The notes below the pieces were generated by a model that saw nothing but the letters and a program-made list of their open reading frames with translations, made no database searches and was not told the DNA's origin. Positions 8,456-16,419 of a stretch of DNA of 20,000 bases are shown here, one piece after another. Numbering within the stretch: position 1 is the stretch's first letter; every line of letters begins with the position of its first letter. The translations under genes were made by a program, and so were the position numbers. This DNA is from an uncultured virus (IMG/VR IMGVR_UViG_3300008954_000037) (Duplodnaviria > Heunggongvirae > Uroviricota > Caudoviricetes): IMG/VR virus record IMGVR_UViG_3300008954_000037; one strand, given 5' to 3'.

Positions 8456-9565
8456 TTACCGACCGAACAACCGCTGCTGCACACCCTGCTCGCGGATTCG
8501 AGACAGCCCGTAGTGGAAGTACGTGCCGTCGATCTCACAGCCGTAGGCACGCCGCTCAAGCTCTCGCACCGCTACGCAGGCCGTGAACAAGCCGCCGAAG
8601 GGTTCCCACACCACGTCACCGGGGTTGCTTGACGCCTCAATGACCCTCCGCACAAGGTCGAGTGGCTTCTGGTTCAGGTGGACAGCCCGCCCGTTGCCCA
8701 CCTTGAACCGCTCCTTGCCCCGAAGGGCAGGTCGCTCCCAGACGTTGGTGACGCCGTGAGGGCAGTTGAAGGTCGAACGCATATCCGTCCATTCCGCTGC
8801 GGTCATCGGGCGAACACCGTCCCGAGAGAAGTAGGGGCGACCTGATGGGTCGCCGTGCTCGTTCGCGTAGTCTGCGAGGGCTTGAAAGGCGTGGGGCGGC
8901 GGGAAGTACCACAGGTGGCCCTGGTCGAGGTACTTGCGAACGGCGGCGTCCTTTACCCCACAAGCCTCATTTGCCTTCCGAAGCGGCAAGCCTGATCGCT
9001 GCCACTCGGACTTCAACCACTTCTTCAACTCGACGCCACCGATTCCCGCCTGGAACACGTACTGGACGCAGACCTCGGTGACGACGGGGAAGCGCCGGAT
9101 CTTGGCCGTGTTGACGTTCCCGGCGATGTGGCCCTTGCCCTTGTTCCAGATGTTGCAGTTGACGTAGCGGAACCCGTACCGCTCCAGCACTGGATGAACG
9201 ACCGCCCAGCCGATCTCCGAGTTCCAGAACCAGAGCGTCGTGGCAGCGGTCGCCTGCTCGGCCCACGCTGCTACGTGGGGCTCGTACCAAGCCGGGAGAT
9301 CGAGGTGGTCAGACGTGTCCCCCTCGAAGCCCAAGACGCCGTAGCCCCCGTCCGACACAATGACCTTGGGCGCAGGCCAGGTCTGGTAGTGGTCGAGCGA
9401 GTCGCCGTGGCTCACGCTGATGAAGTCGTCCGACCAGCGATCCAGTTCGGGGGCCTCTTGCCTGACCACGGCCCGGCCCCGACCCACCGTGCTCGTCGGG
9501 GCTGCCCCCTTTATCGCAGCACGGCGCTCCTCGACCGTCGCCGACTTGTCATTCGTTGGAGTCAC
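8456..9565 (-). CDS. DNA methyltransferase, N4-cytosine/N6-adenine family (beta motif order)
   Basis: Catalytic-like SDGGYG near N-terminus, HLNQKP, C-terminal GDVVWEPFGG...AYGCEID SAM-binding region; AGGAGG before GTG 9565. Confidence 0.88.
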   Translation of the reverse strand: MTPTNDKSATVEERRAAIKGAAPTSTVGRGRAVVRQEAPELDRWSDDFISVSHGDSLDHYQTWPAPKVIVSDGGYGVLGFEGDTSDHLDLPAWYEPHVAAWAEQATAATTLWFWNSEIGWAVVHPVLERYGFRYVNCNIWNKGKGHIAGNVNTAKIRRFPVVTEVCVQYVFQAGIGGVELKKWLKSEWQRSGLPLRKANEACGVKDAAVRKYLDQGHLWYFPPPHAFQALADYANEHGDPSGRPYFSRDGVRPMTAAEWTDMRSTFNCPHGVTNVWERPALRGKERFKVGNGRAVHLNQKPLDLVRRVIEASSNPGDVVWEPFGGLFTACVAVRELERRAYGCEIDGTYFHYGLSRIREQGVQQRLFGR

Positions 9566-9781
9566 CGTTCCTCCTGCTCGTAGCCGGGCCGCTCCTCCTA
9601 GACTTGGCCGCCCAGACCGTCCGGGCAGCGTGAGGACCGATAATAATTCCTTATCGGAGCCAAAAGCAACCCCAAAGGACCCTCTGAGTCGCATTCTGAG
9701 ATTTTTTATTAGCGCGATCACCAGACGCTCAGGACTGGACGATTCTCGCGCGCACGCGCGGGGTATATAGGGTGTCCGGGG

Positions 9782-10216
9782 CTACACCTCAGAATCTGAG
9801 TTTTGGAATCGGTTAACGATCCTGCGGCGCATCTCGGCCTCTGACACCTCACTGGCGTAGGCCCGAATCGTCGGGGGTGGCTTGTCAGGGAAAGGGAGTC
9901 TGGACAGCCTGTCAGCCACAACCTCCGGGTCGGCCTCCATGGCATCTTCGTTCAGATCTGTCCAAGCCATATCAGCCGCGCGCCACACCCAAGGGTCTTG
10001 CTTCGACTGATCACGCCAGATCAGACTCAGCACGCCCTTATAGTCCATCACACCGAGCAAACAGTAGGCAGGGGTGTAGCCGAGACGGACATACGTCTTC
10101 TCGTACCAGCGGCCCAGACGAGCGAAGCGGAAACGAGAGTGATCAGAAGCGTAGAGCGCAAGCTCAAGATCAGCAGAATCGCTGGCCACGAAAATCGAAT
10201 CGAAAAAACGTCTCAT
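9782..10216 (-). CDS. Hypothetical protein (144 aa)
   Basis: GGAGGG RBS before MRRFFDSIFV. Confidence 0.6.
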   Translation of the reverse strand: MRRFFDSIFVASDSADLELALYASDHSRFRFARLGRWYEKTYVRLGYTPAYCLLGVMDYKGVLSLIWRDQSKQDPWVWRAADMAWTDLNEDAMEADPEVVADRLSRLPFPDKPPPTIRAYASEVSEAEMRRRIVNRFQNSDSEV

Positions 10217-10280
10217 GTGCCCTCCAAGGCTTTTCCAGCGCGCCCAGGCGCCGGGACGAAATCTGGCAGAGAGACTATCT

Positions 10281-10311
10281 ACAACAACCTTGTTGCACAA
10301 CAACCTTGTTG
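10281..10311. repeat. Tandem duplicated palindrome ACAACAACCTTGTTG x2
   Basis: Perfect 15-nt direct repeat at 10281-10295 and 10297-10311; each contains CAACAA-CC-TTGTTG. Confidence 0.85.
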
Positions 10312-10382
10312 TGTAACTCAGCCAGCCACCTCCCAGAATCCGCCTACGGCCCAGAATCTGACTTCTGAAATCCCGAATCCGC

Positions 10383-10412
10383 TTGCAATCTGAGAATCGG
10401 CAATGGTATGTT
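10383..10412 (+). promoter_or_regulatory. Putative sigma70-type promoter for DUF932 gene
   Basis: TTGCAA-18 nt-TATGTT with extended TG. Confidence 0.5.
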
Positions 10413-10468
10413 GGTTGGTGGCACATGCTGTGCCCAACAGGCGCCACGGCGCCACCAAGGAGATCACC

Positions 10469-11245
10469 ATGCAACTCATGCTTCACTGCGGCGCCAAGGC
10501 CGCCACCCGCGAAGATGTCCTCGCGGTCCCATGCCCCGAGGCATACACCCTTGGCTCACGCCACAAACCCGTCAGCTACGGCGACATGCTGACCATGATC
10601 GACGACCGCATCGCCCGCATGGGCTTCACGGTCGCTGAGGAGGCGTTCGGCCTCAACAGCAAGGGTCAGCAACTGTTCGGCGTCATGTCCGTCGACACCG
10701 GCATCAAGGACGAGCGGCTTGCCTTCGGCTTTCGACAGTCGTTGAACAAGACCTTCGGTCTCGGCGTATGCGCCGGCCACCACGGTCTGGTGTGCGACAA
10801 CCTGTCCTTCAGCGGCTCGTACTTCACCGCCGTCCGCAAGAACACGGCCAACGCCCACGAGACGTTCCGCCTGATGTTGCTTGACCAGTGCGACCGGGCG
10901 CTGGACAACTTCAACCGGCTGCGCGCCGACTTCAAGTCCTTGGCTTCGGTGCCCGCTGACGAGCGTGAGGGCTTCGCCCTGCTCGGCCAGATGGTCGGTG
11001 ACGACGCGCTCAAGGTCATGGAGTTTTCGGCAGCCCTGGAAAACTGGAAGAAGGACCAGCACAAGCACGGTCGCAACCTGTGGGGCGTCTACAACGCCGC
11101 CACCTGGGGCGCCAAGAGGTCTGCCACCAGCGTGAGGCTCAAGCATCTGCTCGACATCCACCAGTGGTGGGGCAACGAGATGGTCCGTCGCGGCGTCGAG
11201 CCTGTCAGCGTGACGGCCAAGACCGAAGGACTGGAGATCGACTAG
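10469..11245 (+). CDS. DUF932-like phage/plasmid protein
   Basis: MQLMLHCGA...HKPVSY...LFGVM...GFRQSLNKT...GLVCDNLSFSG...NLWGVYNAATW; AAGGAG RBS. Confidence 0.8.
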   Translation: MQLMLHCGAKAATREDVLAVPCPEAYTLGSRHKPVSYGDMLTMIDDRIARMGFTVAEEAFGLNSKGQQLFGVMSVDTGIKDERLAFGFRQSLNKTFGLGVCAGHHGLVCDNLSFSGSYFTAVRKNTANAHETFRLMLLDQCDRALDNFNRLRADFKSLASVPADEREGFALLGQMVGDDALKVMEFSAALENWKKDQHKHGRNLWGVYNAATWGAKRSATSVRLKHLLDIHQWWGNEMVRRGVEPVSVTAKTEGLEID

Positions 11246-11257
11246 AGCCCCAACCAG

Positions 11258-11306
11258 AACGCCAGCGACCCCCGGAGGCACTTGCTTCCGGGGGTCGCGG
11301 CGTTTT
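11258..11306 (+). terminator. Intrinsic terminator between convergent genes
   Basis: GCGACCCCCGGAGGC/GCTTCCGGGGGTCGC stem followed by GGCGTTTT. Confidence 0.75.
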
Positions 11307-11331
11307 AGGTGGCGAAATCTGAGTTGTGGAT

Positions 11332-11946
11332 TTACCAGCCGGGCACGTCCAGGGGCTCGACGCCCTCAAGATCCTCAGCGCGTAACGCCTGAGCCTGATG
11401 GTGCGCGGCGGTGTGGATGGCCGCGCCGGCCAGAAGCGTCTGGAGGGCGAGCTTGGTCTGGGCGCTCACGCCGTCCAAGTCGGACACCACCGCCAGGATG
11501 TGGTGAAGCTGCTCGTCTGCCGCCCAGAAGAATCGCTGGACGAGGCCAACGACATCCCAGGGCTCGGGGTCGGAGGTAGTGCCGTGCCAGCCGGGCATCC
11601 CCCGGTTGTCGAACGCCACGCCGCGCCCGTCTCGCGCGCATGCGGAGATAACGGCGCCATGTGAGATCTCCTCACACTGCACGAACCCACCCCTGGACAG
11701 CCACAGGTCCACGGCGGCGGCCACGCGCGCCGCGACCGGCTCCAGAGGATCAGGCCCGAAGTTGTTAGAACATGGCGCGGCCAGGGTGACGGGCTCGCCA
11801 GAGGCGGCCTCGTCCTCCCACCGCTCCAAGACCTCGGGGGTCATCCGGTCGCGGTAGCCAGCGGGCAACACCAGGGGCTCTGGTATGGGCTGGGGCGGTA
11901 GGCGGGTTGGGGTTGGTCGGGGCTGGTTCATGATGACCTCCTTCAC
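11332..11946 (-). CDS. Hypothetical protein (about 200 aa)
   Basis: Long ORF, GGAGGT/GAGGT RBS candidates (start 11946 or 11931). Confidence 0.7.
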   Translation of the reverse strand: MKEVIMNQPRPTPTRLPPQPIPEPLVLPAGYRDRMTPEVLERWEDEAASGEPVTLAAPCSNNFGPDPLEPVAARVAAAVDLWLSRGGFVQCEEISHGAVISACARDGRGVAFDNRGMPGWHGTTSDPEPWDVVGLVQRFFWAADEQLHHILAVVSDLDGVSAQTKLALQTLLAGAAIHTAAHHQAQALRAEDLEGVEPLDVPGW

Positions 11947-12026
11947 CCTGTAGACCTCCCTGGAGTTTTCATCTGACGCGAAGCCTCAGATGTCAGATTA
12001 TTTTTCTAATCGTGACACTGAATATG

Positions 12027-12055
12027 TTGACAGGGTGTTTCGTCCTTGATATGAA
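12027..12055 (+). promoter_or_regulatory. Putative sigma70 promoter for the rightward arm
   Basis: TTGACA-17 nt-TATGAA preceded by an AT-rich UP-like tract. Confidence 0.55.
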
Positions 12056-12059
12056 GGCG

Positions 12060-12490
12060 GTGCCCCAAGCGGGCAACCAGGGCGAGAGCCCCCAGACGAG
12101 ATTGACAACCGACGAGTTTGAATCGCGAAGCGGGGCGCGCAAGCGCCCCCTGGGTACGGGCCGCGAGGCTTCCCCCAGCGACCCTTGGACCGGACCACGA
12201 AGTCCCGTCCCCGAGTGTAAGTCGCCCCTGCTAGTTGGGGGGTGCGGAGTTGGGGAACGGACAGGCGCAGCCGGGCACGATGAACCGACCTCTACAAGGG
12301 GCGGGCCAAGGACCACCGACTTCCCGATCTGCACATCTGATCATACGGGTGGCCAACCTTCGGGTTGGTCATCCTGTCAGGTCTCTCAGCCGAACCAACG
12401 TAGTGAGGCGGGCGCAGCCGATGGCTCGCTCGGGCCTTGTGAGCGCTGGGAGATCTGACAGGGTGAGCCACGGCGGCACGACCCTATCCA
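12060..12490 (+). ncRNA. Candidate large structured RNA or leader
   Basis: No credible ORF; GGGC-GAGA-GCCC, GGGGCGC-GCAA-GCGCCCC, GGCC-GCGA-GGCT, GGGTGGCCAACC-TTCG-GGTTGGTCATCC, and a long CTGTCAGGTCTCTCAGC/GCTGGGAGATCTGACAG stem. Confidence 0.6.
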
Positions 12491-12517
12491 AATCCCCGAC
12501 CGGGGGTGGAGCACATC

Positions 12518-12973
12518 ATGAAGACCAAACAACAAATCAAAGCACAGATCCAAAAACGCAGAGACAAAATCAGCGTACTCGAAGATCAGATCACCGCCCT
12601 TGTCGCAGAAGCCCGCGCAATCAAGGACGCAGAAATCCAGGCCGAGAACGAGCGCACCGCACCGCTACGCCAGCCATACGTGGACGACCAAGGACGCACC
12701 CTGCGAGCAACGTGGCTGTGGACCGAGAACCCAGAATCGCAAACGGCGATCCCAAACTGGTTCGTGACGCTCGGTACCGAGAAAGCCGCCTACGCATACA
12801 TCCAACGACGCATGGCCGACGGCTACCCACACCACAACAGCACCAAGGTGGTGCAGCCGCGATACACCGGCAAGCACGGCATCTCGGTGCTGGACAAAAA
12901 CGGCAACGAAGAACGCCTGATGCTGGCGCCCCTGTTCCGAGAGTCCCTGCTCTCCGCAGAAGTCACCACCTGA
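12518..12973 (+). CDS. Hypothetical protein with N-terminal coiled coil (151 aa)
   Basis: GGAG RBS before MKTKQQIKAQ. Confidence 0.75.
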   Translation: MKTKQQIKAQIQKRRDKISVLEDQITALVAEARAIKDAEIQAENERTAPLRQPYVDDQGRTLRATWLWTENPESQTAIPNWFVTLGTEKAAYAYIQRRMADGYPHHNSTKVVQPRYTGKHGISVLDKNGNEERLMLAPLFRESLLSAEVTT

Positions 12974-13028
12974 CACCCCACTTACACCTCAACGACATAG
13001 GGAGGCGCGGGATGCAGCACAGAAGATA

Positions 13029-13068
13029 AGCGAGGCGGGCCGGCGCAGACCGGCTCGCCTTGCTGTTT
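13029..13068 (+). terminator. Strong hairpin, possible terminator or processing site
   Basis: AGCGAGGCGGGCCGG-CGCAGA-CCGGCTCGCCTTGCT then GTTT (short U tract). Confidence 0.45.
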
Positions 13069-13132
13069 GGATCTGACCACAGCGGTGGGATCAAAACAGC
13101 AAGGCGATGAAGCCTGGAGAGAGGAGGTCAAG

Positions 13133-13357
13133 ATGACTGGCTACACATACGCTGGCGGTCGACACTACACTCGGCTCGCAGAGCGCGTTCTGGAGTACGC
13201 CACGGACAACTCGGATGACGGGGCCTGGGATGAGATCCTCTGCGGAGGGTGGCAGCCCGAGGTCATCGCCTTTGAGTTGGAGCGAGCCAACATCGGCTCG
13301 CTGCCCATGGCGTTGGCCATGTTCCACAAGATCGGCAAGCTGCTCGCAGCGGCTTGA
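13133..13357 (+). CDS. Hypothetical protein (74 aa)
   Basis: GAGGAGGT RBS before MTGYTYAG. Confidence 0.7.
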   Translation: MTGYTYAGGRHYTRLAERVLEYATDNSDDGAWDEILCGGWQPEVIAFELERANIGSLPMALAMFHKIGKLLAAA

Positions 13358-13359
13358 AC

Positions 13360-13785
13360 AATCCGCGCCGTTTGTCAGCGGCTAGTCGGGGGTGGCGAGA
13401 CCCCGATGATGAACCCGGATGACACCGGGAAACAAACGCTGTGGACCCCGCTTGGGGTCGGGCCGGGGAGTCCGTCAGGAGGTAGCGGTGGAGGCGTGAG
13501 CCGGCGAAGCCACCCTCCATCCCCAATTTCAAAACTCAGATTTACAGCAGTGCTGAGGAGGAGTGATTTCAGCCGGCTGATCACCGGATAGTGGGGAGGA
13601 TGTACCCCATGACAAGCCCCTGTAGCAGGGGTACGAACCGCAGGAGCCCGTTGAAGGCAAATCGCTGGAGGGTCACCACGGGGAGATAGCTGCGAGCCTC
13701 GCATGAGGCCGGCACTTCGGGATGTCGTGAGGGGGGTGCGAGTGGAGGGTTTCGGCCCGCTAAGATACTGGCACCCCCCTTCCCC
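13360..13785 (+). ncRNA. Hairpin-dense non-coding block, candidate structured RNA(s)
   Basis: Many stems, e.g. TCGGGG/CCCCGA, CCCGG/CCGGG, GACCCC/GGGGTC, GCCCCTG/CAGGGGT, GCCTC/GAGGC, AGGGGGGTGC/GCACCCCCCT. Confidence 0.45.
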
Positions 13786-13797
13786 CGGATTTCCAAA

Positions 13798-13879
13798 CTC
13801 AGGTCGTGCGGGCGGGCCCTCGGGCTTGTCGTCACCGTAACCAGTCGGTGAGGCCCCGGCTGCCGGGGTCGGCGCTGAG
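13798..13879 (+). repeat. Structured inter-gene element, copy 1
   Basis: CTCAGGTCGTGCG...TCACCG-TAACCAGT-CGGTGA...GGCGCTGAG. Confidence 0.95.
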
Positions 13880-13895
13880 AACAAGGAGGTGCGAG

Positions 13896-14114
13896 ATGAT
13901 TGGCTCTCGCGTGCGTGTGATGATCGCTGAAAACCCCATCGGAGACGGCGTCCTCGTGGACGTGGTCGCCGGGGCTGAGGAGCCCTATGTGGTGCGCTTC
14001 CCCTCTGGCTGCGATGCCGAGGACTGCGACTGCCCCCGCAAGGACGTGCCCGAGACCCTCGGGTTCTTCCCCGAGGAGGTCTTCCCCCTCTACGGCCCTG
14101 TGCCCGAGGGATAG
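13896..14114 (+). CDS. Array gene, hypothetical (72 aa)
   Basis: AAGGAGGT RBS after element; MIGSRVRV... Confidence 0.75.
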   Translation: MIGSRVRVMIAENPIGDGVLVDVVAGAEEPYVVRFPSGCDAEDCDCPRKDVPETLGFFPEEVFPLYGPVPEG

Positions 14115-14193
14115 CCAGAACATGACTCATCAAGGAGGAGGTGTGGAGACGAGGTGGTGGCCTCTGAACGGAAGGGACATCACCCCACAGTCA

Positions 14194-14276
14194 CTCAGGT
14201 CGTGCGGGCGGGCTTCGGCCCGCCACTACGGTAACCAGTCCGTGGCATCCCGGCACCCGCCGGGGTGGGCGCTGAG
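14194..14276 (+). repeat. Structured inter-gene element, copy 2
   Basis: CTCAGGTCGTGCG GGCGGGC-TTCG-GCCCGCC A CTACGG-TAACCAGT-CCGTGG...GGCGCTGAG. Confidence 0.95.
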
Positions 14277-14290
14277 AACAGGAGGATGAG

Positions 14291-14824
14291 ATGATTGAAC
14301 AGGAGTTGCGCGAGCGTATCGCGAAACTGGAGGCGGATTTGGCCCAGGCCAGGGCTTCCCTGAGCTTCTGCGAGAGCCCTGCCGAGAACGAAGACAAGAC
14401 CAGCGACCGCGAGGGCTTCATCGAGTGCCTCATCGGCGGCGAAGACCACATCGGGGACATGCTGCTGCGCGGCCTCTCTGGCTACTGGCTGCGTGGGCTC
14501 GACTTCTACCGATGCAAAAACGGTACGGCCATCGGCTGGCTGGTGGAAGACTTCGACTGCTATGACTTCGACAACCCTTGGCACGCTCGTCATGCTCACC
14601 GAGAGGCCAGGAAGGTCGTTGGGGTCTGGAGGGACAACAACTTCAAGGGCGCCCTCGGGCATCTCCCCGAGGGCACCTACTTCATCGACCGTGAAGTCGC
14701 GCTGCGGGCCTGGGAGGCCGGGACCGAGCGTTGGGGCATAGGCTTCGGTGACGGAGACTGCGACTACAGCGACTGGGACTGGGCAGTCCAGATGGGCGTG
14801 CTGGGAGAGTGTGTCTACGGTTGA
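14291..14824 (+). CDS. Array gene, acidic hypothetical (177 aa)
   Basis: AGGAGG RBS; ends DWAVQMGVLGECVYG. Confidence 0.85.
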   Translation: MIEQELRERIAKLEADLAQARASLSFCESPAENEDKTSDREGFIECLIGGEDHIGDMLLRGLSGYWLRGLDFYRCKNGTAIGWLVEDFDCYDFDNPWHARHAHREARKVVGVWRDNNFKGALGHLPEGTYFIDREVALRAWEAGTERWGIGFGDGDCDYSDWDWAVQMGVLGECVYG

Positions 14825-14832
14825 TGACCACA

Positions 14833-14871
14833 CTCAGGTCGTGCGGGTGGGCTTCGGCCCCGCCGCCACGG
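14833..14871 (+). repeat. Structured inter-gene element, copy 3 (5' half only)
   Basis: CTCAGGTCGTGCGGGTGGGCTTCGGCCCCGCCGCCACGG, then diverges. Confidence 0.9.
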
Positions 14872-14930
14872 GGATCCCAACAACGACTGGCTGCCCGGCC
14901 AGCGGTAGAAAATCGAAACTCAGATTTCAA

Positions 14931-15015
14931 GTCAGGTCGTGCAGGCGGTCCCTCGGGGCCGCCACTACGGTAACCAGTCCGTGGCCCGCGCCATGTCGGC
15001 GCGGTGGGCGCTGAC
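14931..15015 (+). repeat. Structured inter-gene element, copy 4
   Basis: GTCAG...CTGAC compensatory closing stem. Confidence 0.95.
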
Positions 15016-15039
15016 ACAAGAAACATCTAGGAGGATGTG

Positions 15040-15774
15040 ATGCAAACCGACAACAGCAACACCATGCTGAACACCATGCTGGAGGCCATCGTGGCCGTCA
15101 TCCTGAGCATGGTCCCGGTGGACAAGCTCATCGACGCCATCATGGGGCGCGATGACGACGACAAGGCTCAGATCAAGACGGCGCTCGACGGCACCGCTGG
15201 CACCACCCCCTACGGCGCCGACGATAAGGCCGACACCGCCCCTGCCACCTCGGCGGCGGTTGTGGACCGCGTCCTGACCTTGATCGACACCTACCCAGTG
15301 GCAGACCGCAACGGCAAGATGCTCCTCGTCGCTCGCAAGCTGGTCACCCTGATCGGCGGCGCCACGGTGTCCGACCTGCTCACCAAAGAGGAGATCGTCG
15401 AAGCCGCCGAGTGCGCCGGCCTCGCGATGGAGGGCGACGACGCCCTGGACGTGTGCCGAAAGTCTATGGAGTCGGGAGACCGCACCGCAGAGGAGTTCGC
15501 GAACGTGGCACTGGAGTACGACGCAGACGCCGTCGTCGAGGAGGTCCATGGACACCAGGGTGATGCGCTGCTGGAGTTGTTCCAACCCTCCGATGTCGTA
15601 GACCACTTCTGCCACGATGAATTGCGCGGCTGCATGGATGCGGACGAGACCAAGCAGTGGCTCCGCGACAACGGCTACGGCGCCGATGTCGACATCGACA
15701 CCATCCGCTCGGCTGCCGAGGAGTTGGTGGAGTACGCCCAGAGCCTCGTCAACACCGTCGATGAGTACAGCTAG
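15040..15774 (+). CDS. Array gene, highly acidic helical hypothetical (244 aa)
   Basis: AGGAGG RBS; D/E-rich C-terminal half. Confidence 0.85.
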   Translation: MQTDNSNTMLNTMLEAIVAVILSMVPVDKLIDAIMGRDDDDKAQIKTALDGTAGTTPYGADDKADTAPATSAAVVDRVLTLIDTYPVADRNGKMLLVARKLVTLIGGATVSDLLTKEEIVEAAECAGLAMEGDDALDVCRKSMESGDRTAEEFANVALEYDADAVVEEVHGHQGDALLELFQPSDVVDHFCHDELRGCMDADETKQWLRDNGYGADVDIDTIRSAAEELVEYAQSLVNTVDEYS

Positions 15775-15779
15775 ACCCT

Positions 15780-15864
15780 CTCAGGTCGTGCAGGCGGGGC
15801 CTCGGCCCCGCCCCTACGGTAACCAGTCCGTGGCCCGCGCCATGCCGGCGCGGTGGGCGCTGAG
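15780..15864 (+). repeat. Structured inter-gene element, copy 5
   Basis: Begins 6 nt after TAG; full consensus. Confidence 0.95.
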
Positions 15865-15880
15865 AATGTAGGAGGATGAG

Positions 15881-16300
15881 ATGGCATTGCACTGGAATCT
15901 GACGGACATCGACAACCACGAGGAGTTGTGCTGGCGTCCCCACGAGACCGAGAAAAACGAGGACGGCTCGCCGGTTCGCTACATGCGGCTGACCACCGAG
16001 CGGATGATCTGGGCCACCATCGGCGTGGACATCGGATACCTCAAGACGGACAAGATCTGCCGCGAGTTCTATCGCCGCTACTGCGAGGCGTCCTGGGCCA
16101 TGGGACACCCCGTGAACCTGACCCTGGAAGACGTGCTGGCCCACAAGGGTCTGTCCACCAACGTCCACAAGACCAGCGAGGCCGCATGGCGCAAGCGCCT
16201 GGGTCTCATGCTGCGTGACCGGGGCGACCGCCACATGCGGAGCCTCGACCGCAAGGCAAAAGAGGTACAGAAAACCAAGGAGGTGGCAGTGAACCCGTAA
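15881..16300 (+). CDS. Array gene, hypothetical (139 aa)
   Basis: AGGAGG RBS; MALHWN...HKGLSTNV. Confidence 0.85.
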   Translation: MALHWNLTDIDNHEELCWRPHETEKNEDGSPVRYMRLTTERMIWATIGVDIGYLKTDKICREFYRRYCEASWAMGHPVNLTLEDVLAHKGLSTNVHKTSEAAWRKRLGLMLRDRGDRHMRSLDRKAKEVQKTKEVAVNP

Positions 16301-16318
16301 CATCACAACAACATGAAG

Positions 16319-16402
16319 CTCAGGTCGTGCGGGTGGCCCCCTCGGGGGCCATCGCTACGGTAACCAGTCCGTGGGGCCCCGGCTTCCGGGGTCGGCGCTG
16401 AG
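16319..16402 (+). repeat. Structured inter-gene element, copy 6
   Basis: Full consensus. Confidence 0.95.
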
Positions 16403-16419
16403 AATCAAGGAGGTGAGAG

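Noticed and set aside
9566..9721. N-terminal extension of the methyltransferase ORF
   Set aside because: A strong AGGAGG precedes GTG 9565 and the extension crosses AT-rich, intergenic-looking DNA.
51..9770. Long plus-strand ORFs such as 51-602, 626-1423, 2200-2826 and 3516-4886
   Set aside because: Antisense shadows of the coupled minus-strand operon, with no RBS or recognisable motifs.
12012..13029. ORFs 12012-12458 and 12235-13029
   Set aside because: Low-complexity G/P/R/S translations across a hairpin-rich region; the second overlaps the better gene at 12518.
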